NCBI GenBank assembly: GCA_964435015.1
Contig: CAYSXP010000022.1
Location: 1,734-65,733, forward strand
Direction of reading: 5' to 3'
Source: an uncultured Rikenellaceae bacterium
GTDB lineage: Bacteria > Bacteroidota > Bacteroidia > Bacteroidales > VadinHA17
DNA: 64,000 nucleotides
The translations under genes and the position numbers were made by a program. The notes below the pieces were generated by a model. The model had not been told where the DNA came from. It made no database searches and was given only the letters and a program-made list of their open reading frames with translations. Shown here one piece after another: positions 1-10,121 of the stretch. Position 1 is the stretch's first letter. The number at the start of each line of letters is the position of its first letter.

Positions 1-357
1 GATCTTCTTTCCGTTTCCGGTTACGGCAACAATATTCCTTCTATTTCCGGTCTTTTTCCATAACTGGCCGGTTTGTGACGGCTCCCCTGCCAGCAATTCT
101 CCATTCCTGACAATAAATATCCTTTGCGGATCGCCGCCGATACCGGTAGTACCCGGAAGGAAATCCGCACTGTTCCACTTCAGGGTGAATCGTCCCTCCC
201 GCGGAGCGCCGTAACCTCCAAGGTGAAGTGACACAAGGGACCGGTCGGGTTCGATGCTGCGCCGGGAAACCCCTATCCTGTAACCGGTCTGGGCATTACC
301 GGAAGCAGAAAGCAGAAACCAGGCAGCAAGGACGGCACAATAGTTTTTTAGTTTCAT
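1..357 (-). CDS. exported hypothetical protein, N-terminal part only (gene runs off the left edge)
   Basis: Absent from the ORF track because there is no stop in the window. ATG at 357-355 on the minus strand; frame hand-checked open to base 1 (119 codons). The N-terminus MKLKNYCAVLAAWFLLSASGNAQ resembles a signal peptide. Confidence 0.5.
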   Translation of the reverse strand, partial: MKLKNYCAVLAAWFLLSASGNAQTGYRIGVSRRSIEPDRSLVSLHLGGYGAPREGRFTLKWNSADFLPGTTGIGGDPQRIFIVRNGELLAGEPSQTGQLWKKTGNRRNIVAVTGNGKKI

Positions 358-369
358 ACCAGGAAATAT

Positions 370-1167
370 CTAAAGGTCATTTTCACCTTTCACATATCCG
401 AAATTGGCAAGAATGCCGCCATCGACATAAAGGATATGGCCGTTAACAAAGTTGCTGGCTTTCGATGCCAGGAAGAGTGCAGCGTGTGCCACATCTTCCG
501 GTTCCCCCCACCTGCCGGCAGGGGTGCGGGTCATTACAAGATCGTTGAAGGGATGGCCGTTCTCGCGGATCGGGGCAGTTTGTGCAGTTGCAATATATCC
601 GGGTCCTATTCCGTTGACCTGGATATTGTATTTCGCCCACTCGCAGGTCATGGCGCGGGTGAGAAGCTTCAGGCCCCCTTTTGCCGACGCATAGGCAGAT
701 ACCGTATTGCGTCCGTACTCGCTCATCATCGAGCACATGTTAATGATCTTGCCTTCGCGGCGGGCGATCATTCCCGGGACAACCCTTTTGGTCACGATCA
801 GAGGGGCCACAAGGTCAACATCAAGTACCTGCCTGTAATCCCCTACCTCCATGTCAAGGATGGGTATCCTTTTGATGATGCCTGCATTGTTGACCAGGAT
901 GCTGACAGCGCCAACTTCCCTTTCGATGAGTGATAATCCCGAATCAACGTCATCCTGGGATGTAACATCGAATTTCAGGGTGAAAACGTCAAGTCCTTCC
1001 CTGCCGAAAGCTTCGCGGCAGGCTTTCAGCTTATCGTCCTGAATATCATTGACGCATACCCCGGCCCCGGCCCTGGCCAGGGCAATAGCAATGGCAAGGC
1101 CGATCCCGTGCGTCCCTCCGGTAACCAGGGCCGCTTTTCCCGTTAAATCGAAAAGATCTTTCATCAT
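370..1167 (-). CDS. kduD: SDR-family 2-dehydro-3-deoxy-D-gluconate 5-dehydrogenase / gluconate 5-dehydrogenase
   Basis: 265 aa with a classical SDR Rossmann motif (TGGTHGIGLAIA) and a YASAK catalytic motif. It lies immediately downstream of kduI on the same strand, the usual kduI-kduD pairing. Confidence 0.75.
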   Translation of the reverse strand: MMKDLFDLTGKAALVTGGTHGIGLAIAIALARAGAGVCVNDIQDDKLKACREAFGREGLDVFTLKFDVTSQDDVDSGLSLIEREVGAVSILVNNAGIIKRIPILDMEVGDYRQVLDVDLVAPLIVTKRVVPGMIARREGKIINMCSMMSEYGRNTVSAYASAKGGLKLLTRAMTCEWAKYNIQVNGIGPGYIATAQTAPIRENGHPFNDLVMTRTPAGRWGEPEDVAHAALFLASKASNFVNGHILYVDGGILANFGYVKGENDL

Positions 1168-1249
1168 CTTATATTTTCAGTTCATACTTATTGAATACAG
1201 GCGGGGAATCCCGGCTTCCGGAACTTTCACCGGGATCCGGCCGGGCAGG

Positions 1250-2086
1250 TCATTTGAGGGTGTCAGGATGTCTGACATCCATGTCACCGTAGTCAAGGTT
1301 CTCGCCGGCCATTCCCCAGATGAACGTATAATTCGAAGTACCGGCAGCGCTGTGAATGCTCCATGAAGGGGACAGGACGGCCTGTTCATTTTTCATCCAG
1401 ATGTGCCTTGTTTCATCAGGGTCGCCCATGAAGTGGCATACAGCCTGTTTTTCGGGAACCTCAAAATAGAAATACGCTTCCATTCTGCGGTTATGGGTGT
1501 GCACGGGCATGGTGTTCCACACGCTGCCGGGTTTCAGCTCCGTCATTCCCATCTGCAGCTGGCAGGTGGGGAGGATGCTGTTGACGAGCAGCTTGTTGAG
1601 AGTCCGGTGGTTTGAGGTTTCAGCCGAGCCCAGGATTGCCGTTTCGGCCTGCTTCAGTGTTATCAGGGCTGAGGGATACTTATGATGGGCAGGCGCTGAG
1701 TTGATATAGAGCTTTGCCGGCCGGCCGGCATCAACCGACCTGAAGGTCACGTCTGCAGTTTCCCTGCCGAGGTATAATGCTTCCCTGAATCCGAGCCTGT
1801 ATGAGGCGCCGGCAGTATCAACAACAGCTTCGCCTCCCACATTAATGATGCCCATTTCCCTGCGTTCAAGAAAATATGCCGCTTTCAGTTCGGTTGCCGA
1901 CTCGAGGCTCAATGAACGGGTCACTGGCATGGCTCCTCCCACAATGTACCGGTCATAAAGTGAATAAACCAGGATGATCTCATCAGGTTCGAAAATCTTT
2001 TCCACAAGAAACTCCTTCCTGATCCTGTCAGTGTCATATCCCTTGAAATCAACTGGATGCACTGCATACCGAAAATCAATTTTCAT
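1250..2086 (-). CDS. kduI: 5-dehydro-4-deoxy-D-glucuronate isomerase
   Basis: 278 aa. The N-terminus [32 protein letters not shown] and the cupin-like core are typical of KduI. Sits in a hexuronate context. Confidence 0.9.
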   Translation of the reverse strand: MKIDFRYAVHPVDFKGYDTDRIRKEFLVEKIFEPDEIILVYSLYDRYIVGGAMPVTRSLSLESATELKAAYFLERREMGIINVGGEAVVDTAGASYRLGFREALYLGRETADVTFRSVDAGRPAKLYINSAPAHHKYPSALITLKQAETAILGSAETSNHRTLNKLLVNSILPTCQLQMGMTELKPGSVWNTMPVHTHNRRMEAYFYFEVPEKQAVCHFMGDPDETRHIWMKNEQAVLSPSWSIHSAAGTSNYTFIWGMAGENLDYGDMDVRHPDTLK

Positions 2087-2302
2087 ATCCGGAATTATTT
2101 TAACTGGGTTAATTATTCCAAAAATACAATCATTTAGCGAATTACCATGGATAAAGCCGTTCTTCTTTCAACAGGGCACGTAAATAAACCCGGAAGGCAG
2201 CTTCAGATAAGCCGGAATTAACTTAATTTGTTATTTTTATTTCCGTAAATGATTAAGGCTACTTTTATTCCTTGTTCACCCAGTTTATAACACATCCATA
2301 AT

Positions 2303-3700
2303 ATGAGGCACTTTATAAACGATAATTTCCTTCTTGAGAATGAAACTTCAAGGCGGCTCTACCATGAGTTTTCCGCGCATCTGCCCATAATTGATTTTCA
2401 TTGTCATCTCCCGCCCCGGATGATCGCGGAAGACAGGCAGTTTGAGAATATCGGTGAAGCCTGGCTTGAAGGAGATCACTACAAATGGCGGGCAATGCGG
2501 ACAAACGGGGTGAGTGAAAGATATTGCACGGGTGATGCGGCCCCGGAGGAAAAGTTCAGCAAATGGGCGGAGACCGTTCCGTACACCATCGGAAACCCGC
2601 TTTACCACTGGACCCACCTGGAACTTGCAAGGTACTTTGGTATCTCCGGCCTGCTTTCTCCCTCCACCGCCTCCGGGATCTATGAAGAGAGCTCGCGTAT
2701 GCTGCGGCAGAAGGATTTCAGCACCAGGTCATTGATAAGAAAGATGAATGTTGAGGCGGTATGCACCACTGATGATCCTGCTGATTCGCTTGAATATCAC
2801 CGTAAACTGAAGGATTCCTTCGATGTCAGGGTATTGCCGACATTCAGGCCCGACAACATCATAAAAACCGACGATCCGGCAAAATTCATAACCTATGTTC
2901 TGAAACTCGGCGAATCATCGGGCATAAAAATAAAGGATCATGAATCCCTGATCAGCGCCCTCGACATCAGGCACCGCCATTTCCACGATACCGGATGCAG
3001 GATCTCCGACCACGGGCTCGACAGGTTTTACTACTCCGCCTTCACAGGCGCGGAGATTAACCGTTTTCTGCAGAAGCTTCTGAGCGGAGAAAGCCTGACT
3101 CCGGAAGAAGGCGAAAAATACAAAACGGCCGTAATGCTTGAGATATGCAGAATGAATCACTCCCGCGGATGGACCCAGCAGTTCCACGTCGGTGCCCTGA
3201 GGAACAACAACTCAAGGATGTTCATGAGCATGGGGCCGGATACAGGGTGGGACTCGATCGGGGGCGGGCAGGATCCGGTCAGGATGTCGCAGTTCCTGAA
3301 TGCACTTGATATGGACGGCCGGCTTGCCAAAACCATTCTTTACAACCTCAATCCGTCCGATAATGAAATGATGATCACAATGACCGGAAACTTCAACGAT
3401 GGTTCAATGGCTGCAAAGGTGCAGTACGGGGCCGCCTGGTGGTTCCTCGATCAGATGGAGGGAATGAAGAAACACCTGAAGGATCTTTCGTCATTCGGAC
3501 TGCTGCGAAAATTCGCCGGAATGGTTACCGATTCAAGGAGCTTCCTGTCATATCCCAGGCACGAATATTTCAGGCGGATAGCCTGCAATTTCATTGGCTG
3601 CGGGATAGAAAAAGGGCTTATCCCCGATGAAGATGATCTGATCCGACCCCTTGTGGAGGATATATCATACCGGAACGCAAAACAGTTTCTCGGAATATAA
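2303..3700 (+). CDS. uxaC: glucuronate isomerase (uronate isomerase)
   Basis: 465 aa. The FINDNFLLENETSRRLYHE...PIIDFHCHL N-terminus is diagnostic of UxaC. Divergent from kduI. Confidence 0.92.
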   Translation: MRHFINDNFLLENETSRRLYHEFSAHLPIIDFHCHLPPRMIAEDRQFENIGEAWLEGDHYKWRAMRTNGVSERYCTGDAAPEEKFSKWAETVPYTIGNPLYHWTHLELARYFGISGLLSPSTASGIYEESSRMLRQKDFSTRSLIRKMNVEAVCTTDDPADSLEYHRKLKDSFDVRVLPTFRPDNIIKTDDPAKFITYVLKLGESSGIKIKDHESLISALDIRHRHFHDTGCRISDHGLDRFYYSAFTGAEINRFLQKLLSGESLTPEEGEKYKTAVMLEICRMNHSRGWTQQFHVGALRNNNSRMFMSMGPDTGWDSIGGGQDPVRMSQFLNALDMDGRLAKTILYNLNPSDNEMMITMTGNFNDGSMAAKVQYGAAWWFLDQMEGMKKHLKDLSSFGLLRKFAGMVTDSRSFLSYPRHEYFRRIACNFIGCGIEKGLIPDEDDLIRPLVEDISYRNAKQFLGI

Positions 3701-3833
3701 TAAAAGGCACTGACCTGACCTGCAGCACAGGCAAAACCACTATATTTAAATCACCGGGCAAACGGCATGGGATCCCTTCAGGGCATCCCGTCAGAACTGA
3801 AAAAAACGAACAATCAATCAAAAAAACTAAAAT

Positions 3834-4670
3834 ATGAATGAACTGAACCTGAAGGACAAGACAGCGGTCATCACCGGCGGCGCGGGGGTTATCTGCTCGG
3901 AGATGGCCAGGGCCCTTGCATTGCAGGGAGTGAGGACGGCAATAGTGGATCTGAACAAGGAAGCTGCCCGGAAAGTCGCCGGTGAAATTGAAAAGGAATC
4001 CGGGACACCTTCCATCGGACTGGCAGCAAACGTTCTTGACAAATCATCCCTCAATGCCGCCAGGGAAGAGCTGATCAGCCGTTTCGGCCCTGCCGGCATA
4101 CTGGTAAACGGCGCTGGAGGAAATGCAGCTTCCGCAACCACTAAGGTCGAAATGATCGAAGGAAACGAGGAGCTTTCCGATACTTTCTTCGGCCTCGGGA
4201 CAGAAGGATTTGACCTGGTGTTCGATCTCAATTTCAAGGGTACGCTGCTTCCGACAATGGTCTTTGCTGCCGACATGATAAAAAGGAGATCAGGTACGAT
4301 CATCAACATCTCATCGATGAATTCCTACCGGCCCCTTACCAGGATAGCGGCATATTCGGCAGCAAAAGCTGCTGTTAACAATTTCACGCAATGGCTCTCA
4401 GTTCATTTTGCAAAAACCGGGGTGAGGGTCAATGCAATTGCACCCGGATTCCTGCTGACAAACCAGAACCGTTTTCTCCTGATCAATGAGAAAACCGGAG
4501 AGCTGACCGCAAGGGCAAGAAAAATTATCGGCAATACTCCGATGGACCGGTTTGGCACACCCGGGGAGCTTACCGGCACCGTGCTGTATCTGGCTTCCGA
4601 TCTGTCGAAGTTTGTGACCGGCATCGTGATACCGGTCGACGGCGGATTCAGCGCCTACAGCGGAGTGTGA
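3834..4670 (+). CDS. uxuB: SDR-family oxidoreductase, Bacteroidota-type D-mannonate (fructuronate) oxidoreductase
   Basis: 278 aa with the SDR motif TGGAGVICSEMA and a YSAAK catalytic motif. Its length and position after uxaC match the short-chain UxuB of Bacteroidota. Substrate assignment is by context. Confidence 0.65.
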   Translation: MNELNLKDKTAVITGGAGVICSEMARALALQGVRTAIVDLNKEAARKVAGEIEKESGTPSIGLAANVLDKSSLNAAREELISRFGPAGILVNGAGGNAASATTKVEMIEGNEELSDTFFGLGTEGFDLVFDLNFKGTLLPTMVFAADMIKRRSGTIINISSMNSYRPLTRIAAYSAAKAAVNNFTQWLSVHFAKTGVRVNAIAPGFLLTNQNRFLLINEKTGELTARARKIIGNTPMDRFGTPGELTGTVLYLASDLSKFVTGIVIPVDGGFSAYSGV

Positions 4671-4673
4671 GAA

Positions 4674-4740
<67 letters not shown>

Positions 4741-4752
4741 GAAAGGAAAGGC

Positions 4753-4871
4753 GGGTTATGGGTTGCGGGTTTCGGGTTGAGGGTTTCGGGTTTCGGGTTG
4801 AGGGTTTCGGGTTGCGGGTTGCGGGTTGCGGGTTGCGGGTTTCGGGTTGCGGGTTGAGGGTTGCGGGTTAT
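4753..4871 (+). repeat. heptanucleotide tandem array, 17 x GGGTTNN (NN = AT, GC, TC, GA); G-rich on the + strand
   Basis: Counted directly: 17 contiguous in-register 7-nt units. The first and last are GGGTTAT; the internal ones are GGGTTGC, GGGTTTC or GGGTTGA. This gives 17 G3 tracts with 4-nt spacers. Confidence 0.97.
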
Positions 4872-4938
4872 GGAAGTACTTCAGGGAGGCGCAAGGTATT
4901 TGAGTAGAATATAATAAGAATCAAAGAATGAATGGCTT

Positions 4939-6210
4939 ATGATTTATTATCAGCAGGGTTCGGAAACCACGGCAGTAAATGACAGGGAACTGAAGGAGGC
5001 AGTGACTGTGATTCTGGAAAAGATCGGTCCCAGGAAGAAGGTGCTCATCATACCCCCCGATTATACCAGGTTCCATTCAAGGGCGGGTGATATCACTTCA
5101 TTTATTTACGATTATTACGGGGGCAGCATCAGCGATATTCTTCCTGCACTGGGCACTCACATGCCCATGACCGCTGAAGAGATATCCATTATGTACAGGG
5201 GGGTTCCGCACAGTCTTTTCCGGGTGCACGACTGGCGCAATGATGTCGTCACTGCCGGTATGGTGCCGGGGGAATTTGTTTCGGAACTGACCGGATCGCG
5301 GCTTTCTTACCCCTGGCCGGCCCAGCTCAACAAGATGCTTGTTGAGGGAGGATATGACCTCATCCTTTCCGTCGGACAGGTGGTCCCCCATGAAGTTGCA
5401 GGGATGGCCAACTACAACAAGAATATTTTCATTGGAACCGGCGGTCATGAAGGAATAAACAAGAGCCATTTCATTGGGGCCGTTTACGGGATGGAGCGCA
5501 TGATGGGAAAAGCCGATACCCCGGTGAGAAGGCTGCTGAACTATGCATCGGAGAAATTCACCTCTCATCTGCCTGTAGTATACATTCACACGGTTATCGG
5601 GCGCGATGATGCAGGCAGCCTTGCCATAAGGGGATTATTTGCAGGCGATGATGAGGAGGTTTTCCTTAAAGCGGCGGAATTGTCGGTCAGGGTGAACTTC
5701 ACTGTGCTTGATAAGCCCCTTGACAAAGTGGTTGTATATCTTGATCCGGGAGAATACAAAAGTACCTGGCTGGGTAACAAGGCCATTTACCGGACAAGAA
5801 TGGCGATGGCTGACGGCGGGGAGCTGACAATCCTGGCACCCGGACTCAGGCAGTTCGGCGAGGATAGTGTAATAGACGGGCTCATACGCAAATACGGTTA
5901 CAGGGGAACAGATGCCGTTCTCCGGCAGCTTGAAGGAAATGCCGGGCTCGGAAACAACCTCAGTGCCACCGCGCATCTTATCCATGGAAGCACGGAAGGA
6001 AGGTTCAAAGTGACTTATTGCCCAGGCATCCTTTCAAGGGAAGAGATTGAATCGGTCAATTTTGGTTACGGAGATCTTGATAAAATGATGACAAAATATG
6101 ATACCGGGAAGCTCAGGGAGGGTTTCAACATCATGCCCGGCGGGCAGGAAATCTATTTCATCCCGAATCCGGCAACCGGGCTGTGGGCCTCTAAAGAACG
6201 ACTGACATGA
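4939..6210 (+). CDS. LarA-family (lactate racemase N-terminal domain, DUF2088) 2-hydroxyacid racemase/epimerase homolog
   Basis: 423 aa. Has IIPPDYTRFHSRAG and GQVVPHEVAGMANYNKNIFIGTGGHEGINKSH segments resembling the LarA cofactor-binding region (PH...K...H). Substrate unknown. Confidence 0.7.
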   Translation: MIYYQQGSETTAVNDRELKEAVTVILEKIGPRKKVLIIPPDYTRFHSRAGDITSFIYDYYGGSISDILPALGTHMPMTAEEISIMYRGVPHSLFRVHDWRNDVVTAGMVPGEFVSELTGSRLSYPWPAQLNKMLVEGGYDLILSVGQVVPHEVAGMANYNKNIFIGTGGHEGINKSHFIGAVYGMERMMGKADTPVRRLLNYASEKFTSHLPVVYIHTVIGRDDAGSLAIRGLFAGDDEEVFLKAAELSVRVNFTVLDKPLDKVVVYLDPGEYKSTWLGNKAIYRTRMAMADGGELTILAPGLRQFGEDSVIDGLIRKYGYRGTDAVLRQLEGNAGLGNNLSATAHLIHGSTEGRFKVTYCPGILSREEIESVNFGYGDLDKMMTKYDTGKLREGFNIMPGGQEIYFIPNPATGLWASKERLT

Positions 6211-7229
6211 TAAACTGGGGAATAATCGGATGCGGCAACGTGACTGAAGTTAAAAGCGGTCCGGCATTCAATAAGGTAAGGAATTCGGGGCTCCTGGCAG
6301 TAATGCGGCGGGATGCGGCCCTTGCGGAGGATTATGCAAAACGGCACAATGTACCCAGGTTCTACAGCAATGCCGATGATCTCATTAACGACAATGACGT
6401 GGATGCAGTATACATAGCAACTCCCCCGGCGAGTCATGCCCGGTACGCCGTCAGGGCTCTTCAGGCGGGCAAGCCGGTATACATTGAAAAGCCCATGGCG
6501 GCAAATTACCAGGAGTGCATCATGATAAACGAGGCAGCGGAGAAATACGGCCTGCCGGTTTTTGTTGCATATTACCGCAGGACACTTCCCGGGTTCCTGA
6601 AAATCAGGGAGCTCATCGGAGGCGGGCACATCGGTAAGGTAAGGTTTGTCCAGATTCAGATATTTAAGTATCTTTCCGCGGATGAAAAGGCGGGAAGATT
6701 ACCGTGGCGCGTGATTCCTGAGATTTCAGGCGCGGGTCATTTCTTTGATCTCGCTTCCCATCAGCTTGACTATCTCGATTTCCTGTTTGGCCCTGTTCAG
6801 AAGACCGCAGCCATTGCAGTGAACCAGGCGAATCTGTACAGCGCCGAAGATATGGTCTCAGCCAGCTTTGTGTTTCCCGGAAACATCATTGCTTCAGGAA
6901 CATGGAGTTTTTCTGCAGCCATGGAAAGCAAGAGGGATTCACTTGAAATATTCGGGGAAAGGGGAATGATAAAAACATCGACCTTTTCGTTCGAACCGAT
7001 AGTTGTGGTGAATGATAAGGGCAGGCAGGAGTATGAAAATGAAAGGCCCGAGAATGTTCAGTATTATCTTATCGAACAGATTGTTAAATCATTAACAGAA
7101 GGCGGACCGGTTGTCAGCACGGGAACTACCGCTGCAAGGACGAGCAGGGTGATGGACGAAGTTGTGCGGGAATATTATATGAAAGCGGATGACGGGTTAC
7201 CCGGCCGGCCGGCTGCCAACGGGGAATAA
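6207..7229 (+). CDS. Gfo/Idh/MocA-family NAD(P)-dependent oxidoreductase
   Basis: 340 aa. Has an N-terminal WGIIGCGNV Rossmann motif and a typical EKPMA motif. Its start overlaps the upstream stop as ATGA at 6207-6210. Confidence 0.85.
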   Translation: MINWGIIGCGNVTEVKSGPAFNKVRNSGLLAVMRRDAALAEDYAKRHNVPRFYSNADDLINDNDVDAVYIATPPASHARYAVRALQAGKPVYIEKPMAANYQECIMINEAAEKYGLPVFVAYYRRTLPGFLKIRELIGGGHIGKVRFVQIQIFKYLSADEKAGRLPWRVIPEISGAGHFFDLASHQLDYLDFLFGPVQKTAAIAVNQANLYSAEDMVSASFVFPGNIIASGTWSFSAAMESKRDSLEIFGERGMIKTSTFSFEPIVVVNDKGRQEYENERPENVQYYLIEQIVKSLTEGGPVVSTGTTAARTSRVMDEVVREYYMKADDGLPGRPAANGE

Positions 7230-7293
7230 GAAGCAGGTGAAGCGATAAAACTGAATTTCAACAAATAACAAACCATAAGTAAAAATAATTATC

Positions 7294-8748
7294 ATGGATG
7301 AATTGTCCGACATAGGATTAATAGGGCTGGCAGTTATGGGAGAAAACCTTGTGCTGAACATGGAAAGCAAAGGTTTCCGTGTAACTGTCTACAACAGAAC
7401 AGTACAGAAAGTCAATGACTTTATTGCCGGAAGGGCCAAAGGAAAGAATATCCGCGGCGCAATGACCCTGGAAGAGCTGACCGCTTCGCTGAAGAGGCCA
7501 CGGAAGGTAATGATAATGGTCAAGGCAGGCAAAGCCGTTGATGAAATGATAGATGCTCTCCTGCCCTTTCTGGAAAAAGGTGATATTATCATTGACGGCG
7601 GAAATACACATTTCCCTGACACCAACAGGCGCACGGCCTATGTTGAGGGCAAGGGGCTTCTGTACATCGGTACAGGTGTTTCGGGAGGCGAGGAAGGCGC
7701 TTTGCTGGGGCCTTCCATTATGCCCGGAGGGTCGCCGGCCGCATGGCCGGCGGTAAAGCCGGTCTTCCAGGCCATAGCGGCAAAGGTTGAAGACGGGTCG
7801 CCCTGCTGCGACTGGGTCGGCGAGAACGGTGCCGGTCATTTTGTCAAGATGGTTCATAACGGAATTGAGTACGGCGACATGCAGCTAATCTGCGAAGCGT
7901 ATCAGATCATGAGGGACATGCTTCACCTGAGTGCAGATGAGATGCATTCCATTTTCAGGGAATGGAACGAGGGTGAGCTCAACAGTTACCTGATCGAGAT
8001 CACCCGGGATATTCTTGCATACAAGGATGAAGACGGAGAGCCCCTGGTTGACAAGATCCTCGATACGGCGGGGCAGAAGGGAACGGGAAAATGGACCGGT
8101 GTGGCGGCCCTCGACCTGGGGATACCTCTCACACTGATAGGCGAAGCAGTTTTTTCCAGGTGTCTGTCTGCAATAAAGGAAGAGCGGGTTGTGGCTTCAA
8201 CCCTGCTATCCGGCCCGCGTCCGGGCTTTTCCGGCAACGTGGCAGGTTTCATTGAAAATCTTCGCGAAGCATTGTATGCCTCGAAAATAGTGTCGTACGC
8301 ACAGGGATATTCACTCATGAAGGCAGCGGCAGAAGAATACGGCTGGAAGCTGAATTACGGGGGTATTGCCCTGATGTGGAGGGGCGGCTGTATTATCCGC
8401 TCGGTTTTCCTGGGCAAGATCAGGGAAGCTTATGATAATGATCCGGGAATAACCAACCTGCTCCTTGACCCGTTCTTCAGGGATAAGATCGACAGGGCAC
8501 AGAATGGGTGGAGAACCGTTGTTGCTACTGCGGCTGAAAGCGGGATCCCTGTTCCGGCCATCGCTTCGGCTCTCTGTTACTTTGACGGATACAGGTGTGA
8601 AAGACTGCCTGCAAACCTGCTCCAGGCCCAGCGCGATTATTTCGGCGCACATACATATGAAAGGATCGACAGGCCCCGGGGCGAATTCTTTCACACAAAC
8701 TGGACCGGACGCGGAGGAACCACCGCTTCAACAACATACAATGTGTAA
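7294..8748 (+). CDS. gnd: 6-phosphogluconate dehydrogenase, decarboxylating
   Basis: 484 aa. Has IGLIGLAVMGENLVLN, the GAGHFVKMVHNGIEYGDMQLI signature and a C-terminal QRDYFGAHTYER motif. Confidence 0.93.
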   Translation: MDELSDIGLIGLAVMGENLVLNMESKGFRVTVYNRTVQKVNDFIAGRAKGKNIRGAMTLEELTASLKRPRKVMIMVKAGKAVDEMIDALLPFLEKGDIIIDGGNTHFPDTNRRTAYVEGKGLLYIGTGVSGGEEGALLGPSIMPGGSPAAWPAVKPVFQAIAAKVEDGSPCCDWVGENGAGHFVKMVHNGIEYGDMQLICEAYQIMRDMLHLSADEMHSIFREWNEGELNSYLIEITRDILAYKDEDGEPLVDKILDTAGQKGTGKWTGVAALDLGIPLTLIGEAVFSRCLSAIKEERVVASTLLSGPRPGFSGNVAGFIENLREALYASKIVSYAQGYSLMKAAAEEYGWKLNYGGIALMWRGGCIIRSVFLGKIREAYDNDPGITNLLLDPFFRDKIDRAQNGWRTVVATAAESGIPVPAIASALCYFDGYRCERLPANLLQAQRDYFGAHTYERIDRPRGEFFHTNWTGRGGTTASTTYNV

Positions 8749-8773
8749 TCCGCAAAACTCAAACTGAAAAGCA

Positions 8774-10072
8774 ATGTCGCAAACTGTTAAAACCGGGAAC
8801 TACAGGTGGACCGTATGTGCCCTCATCTTTTTCGCAACCACCGTCAATTATCTCGACAGGCAGGTTATAGGGATACTGAAACCACTGCTTGAGTCTGACC
8901 TTAATATCGGAGAGGCTGAATACGGATATATTGTCACTGCCTTCCAGATAGCCTATGCTCTGGGAATGGTTATTGCCGGTCGCCTGATCGACAGGTTCGG
9001 AACAAAGATAGGTTACGGGATATCGGTTCTTTTGTGGAGCCTTGCAGCCATGGGGCACGCCCTGGCCAAGGGCGGACTGGGCTTCGGATTCTGGAGGGCT
9101 TTCCTCGGAATCAGTGAGTCAGGTAATTTCCCTGCAGCCATTAAGACAGTGGCAGAATGGTTTCCCAGGAGAGAGAGGGCCCTTGCCACGGGGATATTCA
9201 ATTCCGGAACCAATGTAGGTGCAATAATTGCACCGCTGGCGGTCCCTGCGATTGCCACCGCCCTCGGCTGGCAGGCAGCGTTCATCATAACGGGAGCCAT
9301 AGGCTTCCTGTGGCTCATACTATGGTTCATCTACTATGAAATACCCGAGAAGCAAAGAAGGCTTTCGCAGGGAGAACTTGAGTTTATCCAGAGCGACATT
9401 GAGGAAAAGGCGGAACCGTCGAAAAGCATTCCCTGGGCCCGGCTTCTCAGATACAGGCAGACATGGATTTTCTTCATCGGAAAGGGACTTACCGACCCTA
9501 TCTGGTGGTTCTACCTTTTCTGGATACCGGGATGGCTCGCATCCGTAAGGGGCACGGGACTTGATGTCAAGGCCTTCGGCCTGCCGCTCGTGGTTATTTA
9601 CACCTCCACCACCGCCGGAAGCATCTTCGGGGGCTGGCTGTCTTCATTCATGATAAAAAAAGGAATGTCACCATTCAGGGCCAGGAAAATTGCCATGCTT
9701 ATTTTTGCCCTGCTGGTCACTCCGATAGTTTTTGCACAATCACCATCACTGAGCACCTGGGGAGCCGTCGGGCTCATCGCACTGGCTGCCTCATCGCACC
9801 AGGCATGGTCGGCAAACATCTTCACCACCGTATCCGACGCTTTTCCGAAAAGTGCAGTGAGCTCGGTAACGGGTATCGGAGGGATGGCCGGAGCCCTGGG
9901 CGGTGCATTCGTATCAATCCTGGCCGGCAATCTGCTCGAATACTACAAGAAGCTGGGACACGTGGAAACCGGGTATGTAATAATGTTTGCAATTGCCGGA
10001 AGCGCATACCTCGTGGCATGGATCCTTATGCAGGTCTTTGCACCCGTAAACAAGAAGGTAATCCTGGAGTGA
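8774..10072 (+). CDS. exuT: MFS transporter, hexuronate (ExuT-like) family
   Basis: 432 aa and about 12 predicted TM segments. The N-terminus YRWTVCALIFFATTVNYLDRQ is typical of the ACS/ExuT subfamily. Hexuronate context. Confidence 0.78.
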   Translation: MSQTVKTGNYRWTVCALIFFATTVNYLDRQVIGILKPLLESDLNIGEAEYGYIVTAFQIAYALGMVIAGRLIDRFGTKIGYGISVLLWSLAAMGHALAKGGLGFGFWRAFLGISESGNFPAAIKTVAEWFPRRERALATGIFNSGTNVGAIIAPLAVPAIATALGWQAAFIITGAIGFLWLILWFIYYEIPEKQRRLSQGELEFIQSDIEEKAEPSKSIPWARLLRYRQTWIFFIGKGLTDPIWWFYLFWIPGWLASVRGTGLDVKAFGLPLVVIYTSTTAGSIFGGWLSSFMIKKGMSPFRARKIAMLIFALLVTPIVFAQSPSLSTWGAVGLIALAASSHQAWSANIFTTVSDAFPKSAVSSVTGIGGMAGALGGAFVSILAGNLLEYYKKLGHVETGYVIMFAIAGSAYLVAWILMQVFAPVNKKVILE

Positions 10073-10121
10073 TTTCATGAAAATGATTAACCCCTTTTAT
10101 ATATAATTTAGAACCTTTCAG

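Noticed and set aside
241-262. GGGTTCGAT resembling a tRNA T-arm
   Set aside because: It lies inside the open minus-strand coding frame 1-357. There is no flanking acceptor stem, D-arm or anticodon-arm complementarity.
228-446. Many short ORFs overlapping or antisense to the large conserved genes throughout the track (for example 228-446, 436-933, 5098-5589, 39981-41288, 43918-44604, 44824-45600, 53698-54384)
   Set aside because: Each lies inside or opposite a long ORF with clear family signatures. They have low-complexity or Arg/Pro/Gly-rich composition typical of off-frame reading of roughly 50% GC coding DNA, and none has motifs of its own.
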